Positions 9,453 to 19,457 of a DNA stretch of 64,000 nt are shown here, piece by piece. The stretch lies in IMG/VR virus record IMGVR_UViG_2690316068_000002; one strand, 5' to 3'. The DNA comes from a virus. Taxonomy: Duplodnaviria > Heunggongvirae > Uroviricota > Caudoviricetes. Within the stretch, counting starts at the first letter, position 1, and each line of letters begins with the position of its first letter. The notes under the pieces are model-generated. The model saw only the letters and a program-made list of their open reading frames with translations. It did no database searches and was not told the origin of the DNA. The position numbers were made by a program, and so were the translations under genes.

Positions 9453-11138
9453 TCATTTAACGCGTTTGAAAACGTATACGCTGACTGTGATCCCTGTGTC
9501 TTCAAACTCGTTGGTAAACGACTTCCCTCTGGCATAAACGTAATTATCCATCGTCATCCAGTCCAGTATTGGCGCAGTGCCCGGCAATACTGCTACAAGA
9601 CGCCCGCCGACTTTCAGATGCCCCAGCGCAGCCAGCGTGTGCTCTCTATGACGACCAAGCGAGTACGGCGGGTTCATAACGATTTTGTCGAACTGATAAC
9701 CTACGTTGTCCTCAGACCACTTTATGAAGTCGCAGCAAATCGTGTTCGTATACCCTTTTCCGCGCAGGATATCAGCGAAGAGAGGTGCGATTTCTATGCA
9801 GGTAACATCTTCCAGATCGGCGTTGATATAGGCCAGAAGATCCCCACGTCCGGCTTGAGGCTCCAGCAGCTTCTCACCAGACTTCAATTCAGTGGCTCTG
9901 GCAACGTACTCAGCAATCAAGCGTGGGGTAGGGTAGAACTGGTGTGATTTTGTATCCGGTATTAATCCGGTAGCCACAATCGTATTTAGCGTATGGCCGA
10001 TCTCATACGGGAACTGCCAGTGCTTTTTCTCCTGCACGCCGCCAATGAAGCTCAGTGTGCGCTCAAGCTCTTCCACCTGCGACTTCTGGAGAGCTGAATC
10101 AGAGAAGTACCATACGCCTTTGTCTTTGCTTAATCGCCCGTCACGAAGCGCAGTGCGAACCGGCACGGAGATCGTCTTCTGGATTAACCCGAACTGCTTT
10201 GGTGCCCGTGTTTTTGGCGCGGTGCGACATGGCGCGGGGATTGCAGCAGGCATACTGTAAGCCAGCACCTCATTCAACTTCCAGGCCACGTCAGGATGTA
10301 TTTCAAAGTGAACGTTGCCGTTCTTGAACATCTTCACGCGCATTAGATTTCCATCGACGTTCATCCAGTCACCGGTCTGGCAGTCGTTTGCCCGATACGC
10401 AGCTGATAGCACCTCAGCAGTGCGGTTGATGGTAATAAATTCTTTGTGCGCGAAGAAATGAAGCAAGACACGCAGATCGTCGATATAGTCCTCTTTGCGA
10501 TAGTTCACACTAACGCTGTCCCGCCAGAAATCAGAAATGCAGTCAGCGATTATCAGACGTTCGCTGAAACCGTTTGTCTTATTTGTCTTGTGCGCAGGAC
10601 TCAGCGCCTTAAACAAGCCATACACGCGCTCAGAGAGATATTTGTGCCTGTCATTCAGCAAATTAAGCATCGTGGGTATGACCGTTTCTGCTTTGAACTC
10701 CGGTACACCAACGAACTCTTTAACCTTCATCTGGTAGCCGGTTCTGTCAGTTTTGATGACTTCCTGTTTGCCCTCTATAAACTGCTCGCGCCACTCATCT
10801 CGACGGGAAGCTGGCATGATCAGCAAAACGTTAGTCATGTCCGTGACCTTCCTCCAGTACTCGGCCCAAATATTCTGTTTCACCCATTCCAGATCGACTT
10901 TATCCAACCAACCTCGATTTAAACGCGAGCGATCTTCATCTGGTCGATGGTTTAGTCTCAGCAGGCGATTAATCATGTTGTGGCGTTCGTCGCCATAAAC
11001 GAAGTCGTGTACCTGATACATGAAGGCGATCTCTTTCTCGCACTCGGCCACAATTTCGTGGATGACGTTCATTTCCTGCCGATAGTCGATAGCAGTGTTT
11101 GAGTTGGCATCGTCGATGATGGAAAGGGCTGTATTCAT
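9453..11138 (-). CDS. DNA methyltransferase (N6A/N4C class) with large N-terminal domain of unknown function
   Basis: 561 aa; C-terminal FYPTP...LEPQAGRG...VMNPPY motifs. Confidence 0.65.
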   Translation of the reverse strand: MNTALSIIDDANSNTAIDYRQEMNVIHEIVAECEKEIAFMYQVHDFVYGDERHNMINRLLRLNHRPDEDRSRLNRGWLDKVDLEWVKQNIWAEYWRKVTDMTNVLLIMPASRRDEWREQFIEGKQEVIKTDRTGYQMKVKEFVGVPEFKAETVIPTMLNLLNDRHKYLSERVYGLFKALSPAHKTNKTNGFSERLIIADCISDFWRDSVSVNYRKEDYIDDLRVLLHFFAHKEFITINRTAEVLSAAYRANDCQTGDWMNVDGNLMRVKMFKNGNVHFEIHPDVAWKLNEVLAYSMPAAIPAPCRTAPKTRAPKQFGLIQKTISVPVRTALRDGRLSKDKGVWYFSDSALQKSQVEELERTLSFIGGVQEKKHWQFPYEIGHTLNTIVATGLIPDTKSHQFYPTPRLIAEYVARATELKSGEKLLEPQAGRGDLLAYINADLEDVTCIEIAPLFADILRGKGYTNTICCDFIKWSEDNVGYQFDKIVMNPPYSLGRHREHTLAALGHLKVGGRLVAVLPGTAPILDWMTMDNYVYARGKSFTNEFEDTGITVSVYVFKRVK

Positions 11139-11179
11139 AATTGCACCATTAAGAAGTGATTTGTTTAATGGTGCAATTA
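11139..11179. promoter_or_regulatory. Perfect 14-bp inverted repeat abutting the methyltransferase start codon
   Basis: aattgcaccattaa-N13-ttaatggtgcaatt. Confidence 0.4.
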
Positions 11180-11241
11180 TTTCAAAAATGAAAAGGTACT
11201 AAATAGAAATAAACAGGCAATCCTTCAAATAAAGGCATTGG

Positions 11242-11856
11242 CTAATCATACTTGGAGGTATTTATCACCAGAATTTTGTTTGTATAAATCTTCTTAATAT
11301 CCCATGTGACATTACCGGAATACCATTGACCGTTATATACTTGGTTTCCAGTTGCACCTGTCATTGTTACATAGACAGGTCTGTCGTAATCGGTTCGTCT
11401 ATAGTTATATACCCCAACCATAGCAGGCATTACCGCACATGGATACCCCATATCTATTGTAAATTGAGGGTCAGAAATAGTGATAAGTTTCGCATCAAGG
11501 GGCATCATCTCACCGTGATACACCATTGCGCCTGCGCTGTTATACATGGCAATGCCATAGCCAGAATGTGGTAACACCATATCAGAAAAAGCATAAACTG
11601 TTATTGTTCCGGGGCTACCATTTACCTGATGCAATCTGAGAGCATTGTATCCGTTACTATGCTCATGAATAAACATCATGTTCGCCTTATTACTGCTTTT
11701 TATGAAGAAAAAGCATGATTTGTTTGATGGGATTGATGTTTGAAAAACAGAACCTTTAGATGTAGACATTGTCCCTTTATTAATCAGATTTTGCGGAGTA
11801 AATTCTGGACTCATCCACAAACTTCCATCTGATTGAGTAATTGACATCCCGAACAT
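11242..11856 (-). CDS. Hypothetical protein (low-GC cassette, gene 2)
   Basis: ORF-track 11242..11913 trimmed to ATG at 11856, 2 nt after the upstream stop; AT-rich. Confidence 0.35.
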   Translation of the reverse strand: MFGMSITQSDGSLWMSPEFTPQNLINKGTMSTSKGSVFQTSIPSNKSCFFFIKSSNKANMMFIHEHSNGYNALRLHQVNGSPGTITVYAFSDMVLPHSGYGIAMYNSAGAMVYHGEMMPLDAKLITISDPQFTIDMGYPCAVMPAMVGVYNYRRTDYDRPVYVTMTGATGNQVYNGQWYSGNVTWDIKKIYTNKILVINTSKYD

Positions 11857-11858
11857 AA

Positions 11859-12140
11859 TTATCCCCAGTATGTGTATATGTAAGAACCAAGCCCCGTATA
11901 TAAATTTGACCAACTAACCGTATTTCCATTAATAGTAACTGTTGGAACAGGTAAATTAATGTAGTTGTCGTTGTTAAGAGGCATCAATGACCACACGGCA
12001 TGTAGCGATTTACCCGGTGGCGGATTGGAGTACGTCTTAGAGCCTGATGACGCAGTAAATCGATCAAGAAAAAAAATAGGAGTAAGGAAGCCAGTAACGT
12101 TAATTCCTTTATTGTTGTAAATCCCTGTACCGTATGCCAT
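11859..12140 (-). CDS. Hypothetical protein (low-GC cassette, gene 1)
   Basis: 93 aa; AAGGA Shine-Dalgarno before ATG at 12140. Confidence 0.35.
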   Translation of the reverse strand: MAYGTGIYNNKGINVTGFLTPIFFLDRFTASSGSKTYSNPPPGKSLHAVWSLMPLNNDNYINLPVPTVTINGNTVSWSNLYTGLGSYIYTYWG

Positions 12141-12195
12141 TTTTCATCCTTGTTTTTTATCAACACAATATGGCCGATCATGCGGCCATATCAGA

Positions 12196-12765
12196 TCAAT
12201 TAGAGCTTTGAAAGGCTTTGTGTGGCTGTGTTGCGAGGTTATGTCGATGGCTTAACTCACGCATCATGTCTTCAAGCCGACTCTTTGTGTCGTCGAGTTG
12301 GTCGGCCATTGCTCCCAAAAGCTGACGAACGGCCATCGGATCATCGCTGTTTAGTGATGGCATTTTATAACCCGCCTGAGAAGACATAAGATTGAACGCA
12401 GACATCAACATCGTTAGAGAGGATGTAAGCCCAGCAATTTCACGATCTTTGCTGGCAATAATCGCCTCACTCTTGTTAGTGTCATCAGTTCGTTGAGTCT
12501 CGCTCACCATATCCAAAGTCGCCTGCAACTTATCAGCGCGCTCTTTTTCAGCAAGATAATGAACACCGAAATGATGTGCTAAAGCTACAACCTGAGTTGG
12601 CTCTTCAAAGGTGGACTCAAAATTAAGTGCTGTAACCACTCTCTCAAATATGGAAACGTCTTCTATTCCTCGAAGAATGGCTAACATTTTGACCAGTTCA
12701 TTAGCATCCATTTCTTCGAATAAGGCGTTTTGTTCATCAGCTATCGCTTTGCATTTCTTGCACAT
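12196..12765 (-). CDS. Hypothetical protein
   Basis: 189-aa ORF; conserved upstream motif and ribosome-binding context. Confidence 0.5.
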   Translation of the reverse strand: MCKKCKAIADEQNALFEEMDANELVKMLAILRGIEDVSIFERVVTALNFESTFEEPTQVVALAHHFGVHYLAEKERADKLQATLDMVSETQRTDDTNKSEAIIASKDREIAGLTSSLTMLMSAFNLMSSQAGYKMPSLNSDDPMAVRQLLGAMADQLDDTKSRLEDMMRELSHRHNLATQPHKAFQSSN

Positions 12766-13062
12766 GTGTTTTTCCTAATGCTTAAACAAGTTGTTTTCTT
12801 ATTGGCTTTATTGTGATGTGGCATAAAAGGGGAGCAAGCTAAACGTAAAGGTGCAAACTCTCTATTTCGGTCAACGAAACACAAGGGCCATTTGGCCCTT
12901 GTCATTAACACGTTGCTTTACGGACTAGCGGATAAGCGAAGTAGATCGCCAGACCAATGAGGACGCCATCAGAAATGACAGACATCATCTTTCCCGTAAA
13001 ATCCACCAACACCGCCATCACCAGAAGAGCAATGACGGTCACAAGCCGGAATCTCTCAAGCA

Positions 13063-13488
13063 TTAGAGATAAGCATCCAGTGACAACTGAAGCGCCTGTG
13101 CGATCTTTTTCAGGGCCAGCTCTTCTTGTTCGCCAATACCGTCTTGGTCGGCAATATCAAGGCACAGACACAGTACATCTACTGCATCATTAGTCCCGGC
13201 CACATCAGCCAGCTCACGTAAAGCCTGGGCATTAGCGCGGCGCGGTGAGGCTTCGTATTGAGCACGGATATTGGCGCTCATTTGGGCAATCTCACCAGCA
13301 AACGGAGAAAACGCAGGCAGAGCTGCAATTGTTTTCTCAAGAATGGAAATTTCCTTTGCGTCGCATGTGCCATCGGCATAGGAGATCATGTACGCGCCCC
13401 ACACGGTGGCTTCAACCGCATCTCGGTTCTCCATTTTTTTGACCTCGATAACAGCTTTACGAGTTTTCTTTTTGAATAAACCTAACAT
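13063..13488 (-). CDS. Hypothetical protein, TerB-like fold suspected
   Basis: 141 aa; weak motif-level resemblance to TerB. Confidence 0.35.
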   Translation of the reverse strand: MLGLFKKKTRKAVIEVKKMENRDAVEATVWGAYMISYADGTCDAKEISILEKTIAALPAFSPFAGEIAQMSANIRAQYEASPRRANAQALRELADVAGTNDAVDVLCLCLDIADQDGIGEQEELALKKIAQALQLSLDAYL

Positions 13489-13581
13489 GTGCTTTCCTTT
13501 TGTTATTTGTTAAAACAAGTTGTTTTCTAGTTACATGAATTGCTTACGAAAAGACGGTCAATGCATATGCACTAACAACCG

Positions 13582-13779
13582 TCAGAAATAACCAAGTACC
13601 GAACCGACTGGAAAAACAAAAATCCCAACAACACGAGCCAAGGTCATACCAGCCTGAAACTGGAGATCACCAGAGCAAACGAGTTTTACAATGTTCGATA
13701 CCCAACCGGCGGCCATGAGAGCTATGAAAGCCAGAATCGCCAGCCAAGTTTTTCCAAAGTGATTTGAAAACCAGTTCAT
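13582..13779 (-). CDS. Small membrane protein (2 predicted TM helices)
   Basis: 65-aa hydrophobic ORF; 4-nt overlap with upstream ORF. Confidence 0.4.
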   Translation of the reverse strand: MNWFSNHFGKTWLAILAFIALMAAGWVSNIVKLVCSGDLQFQAGMTLARVVGIFVFPVGSVLGYF

Positions 13780-14027
13780 ACAACCGCCTTAGTCACAGCA
13801 TGATCCTGAGTAACTGGATGAACTTGAGGTATCGCATCCACCGTCATCCCATCCAGAGTGACAGGACGCTCTACTGGAGTGGTGGTAATTGTCGTCGACG
13901 GAGGTGTGGTGATGGATGAACCCGGCATCAAAAGGCTCTGGCCGGCTGGAACGGCTACCGTCGCCAGTGAAACTATAATGAGAACGTAGGCCATTGGTTT
14001 CAGCCTCTTTCTTTGAAAATTTTCCAT
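13776..14027 (-). CDS. Small Pro/Thr-rich protein with signal-peptide-like N-terminus (alternative frame)
   Basis: 83-aa ORF embedded out of frame in the 3' half of 13789..14283. Confidence 0.3.
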   Translation of the reverse strand: MENFQRKRLKPMAYVLIIVSLATVAVPAGQSLLMPGSSITTPPSTTITTTPVERPVTLDGMTVDAIPQVHPVTQDHAVTKAVV

Positions 14028-14283
14028 TCGAACTGTCCTTGTTGTTTTTCTCCTTCACTAAAGGCCGTGTACTTTTCGCTTCGCGTGAAGAACCAGAGGT
14101 AACAATCGCCCCCACGTTCGCAACAACTGACGCTTGCTTATCTAAACGTTCATTCAGCAACCGAACGGCAGTCTCTAGTTCATCAAGACGTGACAGAACA
14201 CGACCGCTAAATAATTCGGCCAAAATTTGACGTAGTGAACGAGGACGTTTAGTTGCAGAAGTGAAATAGGTTTGACGTGCCAT
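13789..14283 (-). CDS. Hypothetical protein (C-terminal half low-complexity)
   Basis: 164-aa ORF starting at ATG 14283; overlaps an alternative-frame ORF. Confidence 0.35.
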   Translation of the reverse strand: MARQTYFTSATKRPRSLRQILAELFSGRVLSRLDELETAVRLLNERLDKQASVVANVGAIVTSGSSREAKSTRPLVKEKNNKDSSNGKFSKKEAETNGLRSHYSFTGDGSRSSRPEPFDAGFIHHHTSVDDNYHHSSRASCHSGWDDGGCDTSSSSSYSGSCCD

Positions 14284-14428
14284 GTGGACTCCATCCAGTG
14301 TCAGAAAGAGTTGCGGCTGGCGATTGCCAGCCGCCTTTCTCGTTCCATCCTGGAACTGTGTCTTACCGACACATTGTCATCCTGACGCCGATAAGATACA
14401 TGATTTAAAATGATAGGTAAACACTTAC

Positions 14429-15073
14429 TTACTGCTTGTTGTAAACAAAACCAATATCTTTCTTGTGAGGCATATCTGCTGCGGAAAAAGCTGCGATCTT
14501 CGCGAGTCGATCACATATTTCATTTTCACGATGCCCGGCGTGACCTTTAACCCACTTCCAGCGAACATTATGTCGACTTGCAGCCTCATCCAGACGCTTC
14601 CACAGATCAACATTCTTTACCGGTTTTTTATCAGAAGTCATCCATCCATTACGTTTCCACCATTTCATCCACTGTGTCATGCCGTTTTTCAGATACTGGC
14701 TATCAGAGTACAAAATAACGTTGCATGGATATTTCAAACGCTCCAGCCCGATAAGTGCGCCCATCATCTCCATGCGGTTATTGGTGGTGCTATGAAAACC
14801 ATCTGAGAACTCGCGTTCCTCACCACGATACTGGAGAACGATACCGTAACCGCCCGGGCCACCCGGATTTTTAAGGCAAGAGCCATCACTAAAGATTTTC
14901 ACGGTTTTGAGCTGGGGATTGAACTCTACGACAGGCGTTGTGGGATTGGTGCGGGGAGATTTTTTGTTTTTGGCTTTTTTGCGAGTTTTTGCTTGCGATC
15001 GGGCTGGTGTCTTCGTCGTCATATAAACTCCTGAATCAAGCGCCGCGCCGATTTTTTCCTCGCGCGTGCGCAC
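14429..15073 (-). CDS. Ribonuclease HI with N-terminal basic extension
   Basis: [21 protein letters not shown]...[10 protein letters not shown]...[16 protein letters not shown] aligns to E. coli RNase HI catalytic residues. True start may be an internal Met. Confidence 0.8.
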   Translation of the reverse strand: MRTREEKIGAALDSGVYMTTKTPARSQAKTRKKAKNKKSPRTNPTTPVVEFNPQLKTVKIFSDGSCLKNPGGPGGYGIVLQYRGEEREFSDGFHSTTNNRMEMMGALIGLERLKYPCNVILYSDSQYLKNGMTQWMKWWKRNGWMTSDKKPVKNVDLWKRLDEAASRHNVRWKWVKGHAGHRENEICDRLAKIAAFSAADMPHKKDIGFVYNKQ

Positions 15074-15604
15074 ACGCGTGCGTGTTAATAATTATTAAAA
15101 TAAACAAATTACTTCCCAGAACAGGTTTTTATAAACCTGAACTGAACGAACGAAGTGAGTGAAGTTCACCTCGAACGAAGTGAGAGGTTGTCTTTTCAGG
15201 TAATACTCTCCCAGGGAGGTGAGTATAAAATTCCTCACCAACCTGGTCGTTTCATAACCTGAAAAGCTATGGTCTAAGTCTACTGCCAGCTTAGACTTGG
15301 GAAGTTATGGATGACAGCACCCCAGAACCGAGATCTTCCCACACTTTATGAAGGGGAGTACTGGATTCAACCTCTCGAAACACCCCAGACTCGACAATCA
15401 TAAAGTGACCCTTGTCTCTGCTCACTTTGGTTCCCCCTTCCCCGACACCTAAACGGCACCGGTTCTACGCTGGTAGTGAGCTTTTTTAAACCTGACGCCA
15501 GTGACGCTTACCCCCACCCATCAGGTCGAGTCTCCAGTCTACGACTGGAAACTATCAGATCTTAGCACTTACAATTCACTTTATAAATAGTTTGTACTTA
15601 TCTA

Positions 15605-15859
15605 TCATTGTGATTGATTATTTTCTCGACCATGTAGTTGAACATTCAAGGCAAACACCTCATTGATCAACTCACCTAAAAGCTGTTCAACAAGTTCGCG
15701 ATGCTCGCCAAGATGCAAGCACTTAATTGCCCACTCGTACAAGTTGAAAGCCTGCTCACGATCTTTCATCATTTCACGAGCCTGGGCCAGAAAATCGCTC
15801 TCTACGAGCGCAACGACATTAGTCGGGTATGACATGTTGGTTTCCTTAAAGTGGTTCAT
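15605..15859 (-). CDS. Hypothetical protein
   Basis: 84-aa ORF. Confidence 0.4.
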   Translation of the reverse strand: MNHFKETNMSYPTNVVALVESDFLAQAREMMKDREQAFNLYEWAIKCLHLGEHRELVEQLLGELINEVFALNVQLHGRENNQSQ

Positions 15860-15940
15860 AAAATCGATTTTAAAGCGTCTGGGAAGGGGTTCTAGTGGAT
15901 TCTGTAGTGATGTTCAGGTCTGGAGTCTCTGATACAAAAC

Positions 15941-15999
15941 AGCCTGCTTCCGTATATTAATAATTAATATGTAGTTATTTATATATACAGAAGCAGGCT
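15941..15999. repeat. Palindromic element, copy 1 (17-bp arms, AT-rich loop)
   Basis: agcctgcttccgtatat ... atatacagaagcaggct; near-identical arms recur at about 63013-63069. Confidence 0.6.
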
Positions 16000-16020
16000 A
16001 ATTACAGACGCCAGAACAAA

Positions 16021-16614
16021 CTAAGCAGCCTTCTTTGATGGTCTTTTTTTCCTGATCACATTCGCAGGATCATACCCTCCCAGACTTTTCATGACGTCCA
16101 AAGGGATCTTGCTTATAGAGTGCCCAGCGTCCTGACAGAATCCTCGAAAAACAACGAGCATACTGCCACCGGGGTTGATGTTTACTTCTACCTGACCCAA
16201 ATTGACGTCAGGCTCGACAAACGCTACGCGGCCACCAGACAGAATAATCGTCTCATTCGCATACTCTGTTGCACGCTCATACCACTTTGTATCGAGGGAT
16301 TGAGGAATTAGCATCACTGTTGTAACTCCGCGAGCCTGCTCACGTATAGCAGCATCAATCCAGGGGGAGATTTTGGAGTAGGGTGGATTGAGGAAGGCAA
16401 TTGTACCTGGCTGTCCCCATTCAGATTTCAAAGCATCACGCTCAATGCCTATGAAATTAGGCAGCTTTGCGTTGTCCTTGTTGCAGGCAACGTCAACATC
16501 AAATGTCACTCCAAGATAACGTTGAATGGCAGAAAACAGCCAATCAGGTGTTCTCCAGAGGTCACGAAGAGAGTTGTCGCGCTTTCGCTGTTTGATTTTT
16601 TCGGCTGCAATCAT
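16021..16614 (-). CDS. Phage Dam-family N6-adenine DNA methyltransferase
   Basis: 197 aa; NPPYS catalytic motif. Confidence 0.7.
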   Translation of the reverse strand: MIAAEKIKQRKRDNSLRDLWRTPDWLFSAIQRYLGVTFDVDVACNKDNAKLPNFIGIERDALKSEWGQPGTIAFLNPPYSKISPWIDAAIREQARGVTTVMLIPQSLDTKWYERATEYANETIILSGGRVAFVEPDVNLGQVEVNINPGGSMLVVFRGFCQDAGHSISKIPLDVMKSLGGYDPANVIRKKRPSKKAA

Positions 16615-16682
16615 CTTCTTTCTCGATAGGTAAGTGATTACCTATTTTTGCATTTGATTTTATGTCTGGCAATCAAATAAAA

Positions 16683-16723
16683 CGCGCCAGAAATGCAAAC
16701 GAGAAGCTCTCTGGCGCGTTTTT
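16683..16723. terminator. Rho-independent terminator (bidirectional candidate)
   Basis: cgcgccag-N20-ctggcgcg followed by TTTTT. Confidence 0.5.
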
Positions 16724-16797
16724 GTGGTGCTGGATATGTGATTGGCTTACCCAGCACTATAAAGCTCTCTATGGGCTTTATTTTCAGTAGGGGGACG

Positions 16798-17607
16798 TCA
16801 TCCAATAGTGTACTCCGCTACAAACTTCTTAACGATCGGTGATTCTTCGTTCAATGTTAGATTTCCACCGTCTCTAACGGCAACTCCTGTCGCTGGAAAT
16901 ACAGCCATCATTTGCCCAGCCTGAGTTGACGCAGTGTTAAGCGGATACGGTTTTTCTGGATTGCTCATTAAAGCAATCTTAATACTATTACTTGTAGCCT
17001 TCTTTTCTGTGAGAAGGTGTCTCATGGAAATTACCGTGTAAACACTAATATCTGGACCTCCGCTAAACCAATTAAGAAGGTTTAATATCTTATCCTTTGC
17101 TTTGACAGGCGCGTTTTCGTAAGCGTCTAAGAAAATATCTGTTTCTAATCCTGCTTTATTGAAAAACGAATCATCTTTATCACTTAAAGTAAAACGAGGA
17201 CCTCTTGCAGTACGCGCTTTTTTATTTGTGTTGCTATCATTTGACTGTTGAACTTTTAATTCATCATTAACATCAACACACTCTTCAACCTCAATCAATC
17301 CCAATTGTTCTGGCTCGTTTTCGGCAGATTCAACACTTTCAGCGTTAATTACGTTTATAGGCTCATGCGCTAACTCCAACTCATTTAAAGCAGAGCTGAA
17401 ATCACCTGCTTTTTCTTCATTGAACAGTTCTTCGGCAACATCATCAGAACTCATGGCTACGCCAGCATCGAGGCCGAGCAGCAGATCGTCAATATCATCA
17501 GTATTTTCAACCTGTGCGGCTTTTTTTACTGGTTCATCAAGTGATTGCAACATGGCTGTCAGCTCGTCCAGATCATCATTTGTCATTACATTTTCAACCG
17601 AACTCAT
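16798..17607 (-). CDS. Hypothetical acidic protein
   Basis: 269-aa ORF, Asp/Glu-rich. Confidence 0.5.
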   Translation of the reverse strand: MSSVENVMTNDDLDELTAMLQSLDEPVKKAAQVENTDDIDDLLLGLDAGVAMSSDDVAEELFNEEKAGDFSSALNELELAHEPINVINAESVESAENEPEQLGLIEVEECVDVNDELKVQQSNDSNTNKKARTARGPRFTLSDKDDSFFNKAGLETDIFLDAYENAPVKAKDKILNLLNWFSGGPDISVYTVISMRHLLTEKKATSNSIKIALMSNPEKPYPLNTASTQAGQMMAVFPATGVAVRDGGNLTLNEESPIVKKFVAEYTIG

Positions 17608-17767
17608 GTAAGTCTCCTTCTGCTTGGTTACATTTGCGTTTCGATAGCTACATTTTGACTAAACCTATCAGGCGGAAAAGTATTAAATACAGGCAGGAAA
17701 TGATTGAAAGGCGGCTGTTCTTTAAAAGAAAGCCTGCTTTAAACTCTCTTTAAAGCAGGCTTTTGTT

Positions 17768-18322
17768 TTACACAATTTCAGAGGGTAATTTAAAAAATCC
17801 GTACTTATTACGTGCCTTAAAGAAGCATTGCATCATTAAGTTTGTGTCATATAAGGCACTATGTGCTTTAGTATGATCGTACATAAAGCCAAGAGAGAAG
17901 GCCAACTCTTCAAGGCGGGGACGTTTACCGTCTTCTGTGGCCCACAGGGAAAATATAGTGTCAATCAATGGGATGTCTGGAAGCGAAAAACCGTAACTTT
18001 TCAGCTCATGCCTAATAAACGGAATATCGAACGCTTCGCCGTTGTGGGCTATCCAAATATCGGAAGAAGAGAGATACGAAGCGACAGATGAAGCGTGATC
18101 GGCTAGTAACGGCTCGGCGGCTAAATCTTCAAGACTGATGCCGTGTACCGCTTGCGCTTTCGGATCGATACTGCGACGCGGGTTGAACCGCATTACAAAA
18201 CTATCAACCATTGTCTGTGTCTCCAGTTCATAGCGGGTAATTGCGATTTCAATAATTTTATGACCAGCAAGGAAATCCAGTCCCGTAGACTCGATATCGA
18301 TGCCTGCAACAATCGTTGTCAT
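17768..18322 (-). CDS. DnaQ-like 3'-5' exonuclease (Pol III epsilon-like proofreader)
   Basis: 184 aa; GIDIESTG (Exo I), H-x4-D near C-terminus; DEDDh pattern. Confidence 0.75.
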   Translation of the reverse strand: MTTIVAGIDIESTGLDFLAGHKIIEIAITRYELETQTMVDSFVMRFNPRRSIDPKAQAVHGISLEDLAAEPLLADHASSVASYLSSSDIWIAHNGEAFDIPFIRHELKSYGFSLPDIPLIDTIFSLWATEDGKRPRLEELAFSLGFMYDHTKAHSALYDTNLMMQCFFKARNKYGFFKLPSEIV

Positions 18323-18331
18323 CAGAACTCC

Positions 18332-18751
18332 TTACAACTTCTTAGCGCCCTTAAGTAGTGCGCTACGTACAAATTGAGCCGCTTTTTTCAAAGTTTCTTC
18401 ACTGGTTTCACAGACAATCGGATCTTTCCACTTACCTGACGCAGTGTTGAGAATATTGATTTGGTTGCTATCCAGACAAACAGAGATATAAAGCACCGTG
18501 CCACCAGCCAGCATCAAATGCATAGGAAACAGAGGCTTTTTACTGTCTTCACTGAACTGAGACATGGCGATGTTAATGGCTTCACCTACTTGTGCGCCAA
18601 CAAGCCCTTGCGCAATTTCGAATACGGTACGAATAGCCAGACGAGCCTCTCGATCGCTCATAAGCGACCGGGAATGTTCGTCCGCTACACGAATCAAAGC
18701 CTCTGTTGTTTTCCGATCCAGTTCATCTTCAAGTAACATTTCACTAAACAT
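18332..18751 (-). CDS. Hypothetical protein
   Basis: 139-aa ORF. Confidence 0.5.
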   Translation of the reverse strand: MFSEMLLEDELDRKTTEALIRVADEHSRSLMSDREARLAIRTVFEIAQGLVGAQVGEAINIAMSQFSEDSKKPLFPMHLMLAGGTVLYISVCLDSNQINILNTASGKWKDPIVCETSEETLKKAAQFVRSALLKGAKKL

Positions 18752-18812
18752 TTTTTATCCTTAACCCATTTTGAGAGTTTTATTGTCGCAATGTCGAAGA
18801 GGCGAACAATTT

Positions 18813-19457
18813 CTAATGAACGGTTACTCGGCCACAGAACCGGTTTTCTATCTTTTCTACAGCGTTATCTAGCATTCTCATCACTGATCTGGCTCTTGCT
18901 TCAACCGTGCGATATCGGTTGGAAACGACGAAGGTTTGCAGATCTCCCCTTTGCGGATGCAGGTGAATTTTTGTCAGTTCCCCGCACATCAACGCATCAA
19001 TACGAGCGACATACAGACGGTCTAATGATGCTCGTTGTGATCGCAAGTAATCTCGCTCTGAGAGAGCGACCCCCGGGCGTAGGCCAGCAATGGCGTTAAA
19101 GTTTGAAATAGCAGTTTTGTGGCAAAACTTTTCGATATCGAGGGCTAACTCAATACACCGATCTTCATTTGTATGGCCAACCAAATCCAACGTGTAGGCC
19201 ATAACATCAGCAGGTGTGCGATCGATAACAAAGCCTTCAACACCACGTGTAAGTAGCTCTATATGCTTTGCTATTTCCATTTGAATCTGAAGCCGCTCAT
19301 ATAGAGGCATAGACTCACCTACTCGAACACCGAGGCGGCTCATCAAACTTCCGACACCAGCATCCACGTAAGGGATTCCGTAATGTTTGTCGATATATTT
19401 AGCCAGGGTTGTTTTCCCACTGCCCTGAGCACCAGTGATCCCAATCCGGTAATCCAT
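18813..19457 (-). CDS. P-loop nucleotide kinase, dNMP kinase-like
   Basis: 214 aa; Walker A GAQGSGKTT; 1-nt junction with DHFR gene. Confidence 0.5.
   Translation of the reverse strand: MDYRIGITGAQGSGKTTLAKYIDKHYGIPYVDAGVGSLMSRLGVRVGESMPLYERLQIQMEIAKHIELLTRGVEGFVIDRTPADVMAYTLDLVGHTNEDRCIELALDIEKFCHKTAISNFNAIAGLRPGVALSERDYLRSQRASLDRLYVARIDALMCGELTKIHLHPQRGDLQTFVVSNRYRTVEARARSVMRMLDNAVEKIENRFCGRVTVH

Noticed and set aside
15582-15589. T4 late-promoter-like TATAAATA
   Set aside because: Single occurrence in AT-rich DNA, wrong orientation for the adjacent minus-strand genes, not recurrent.
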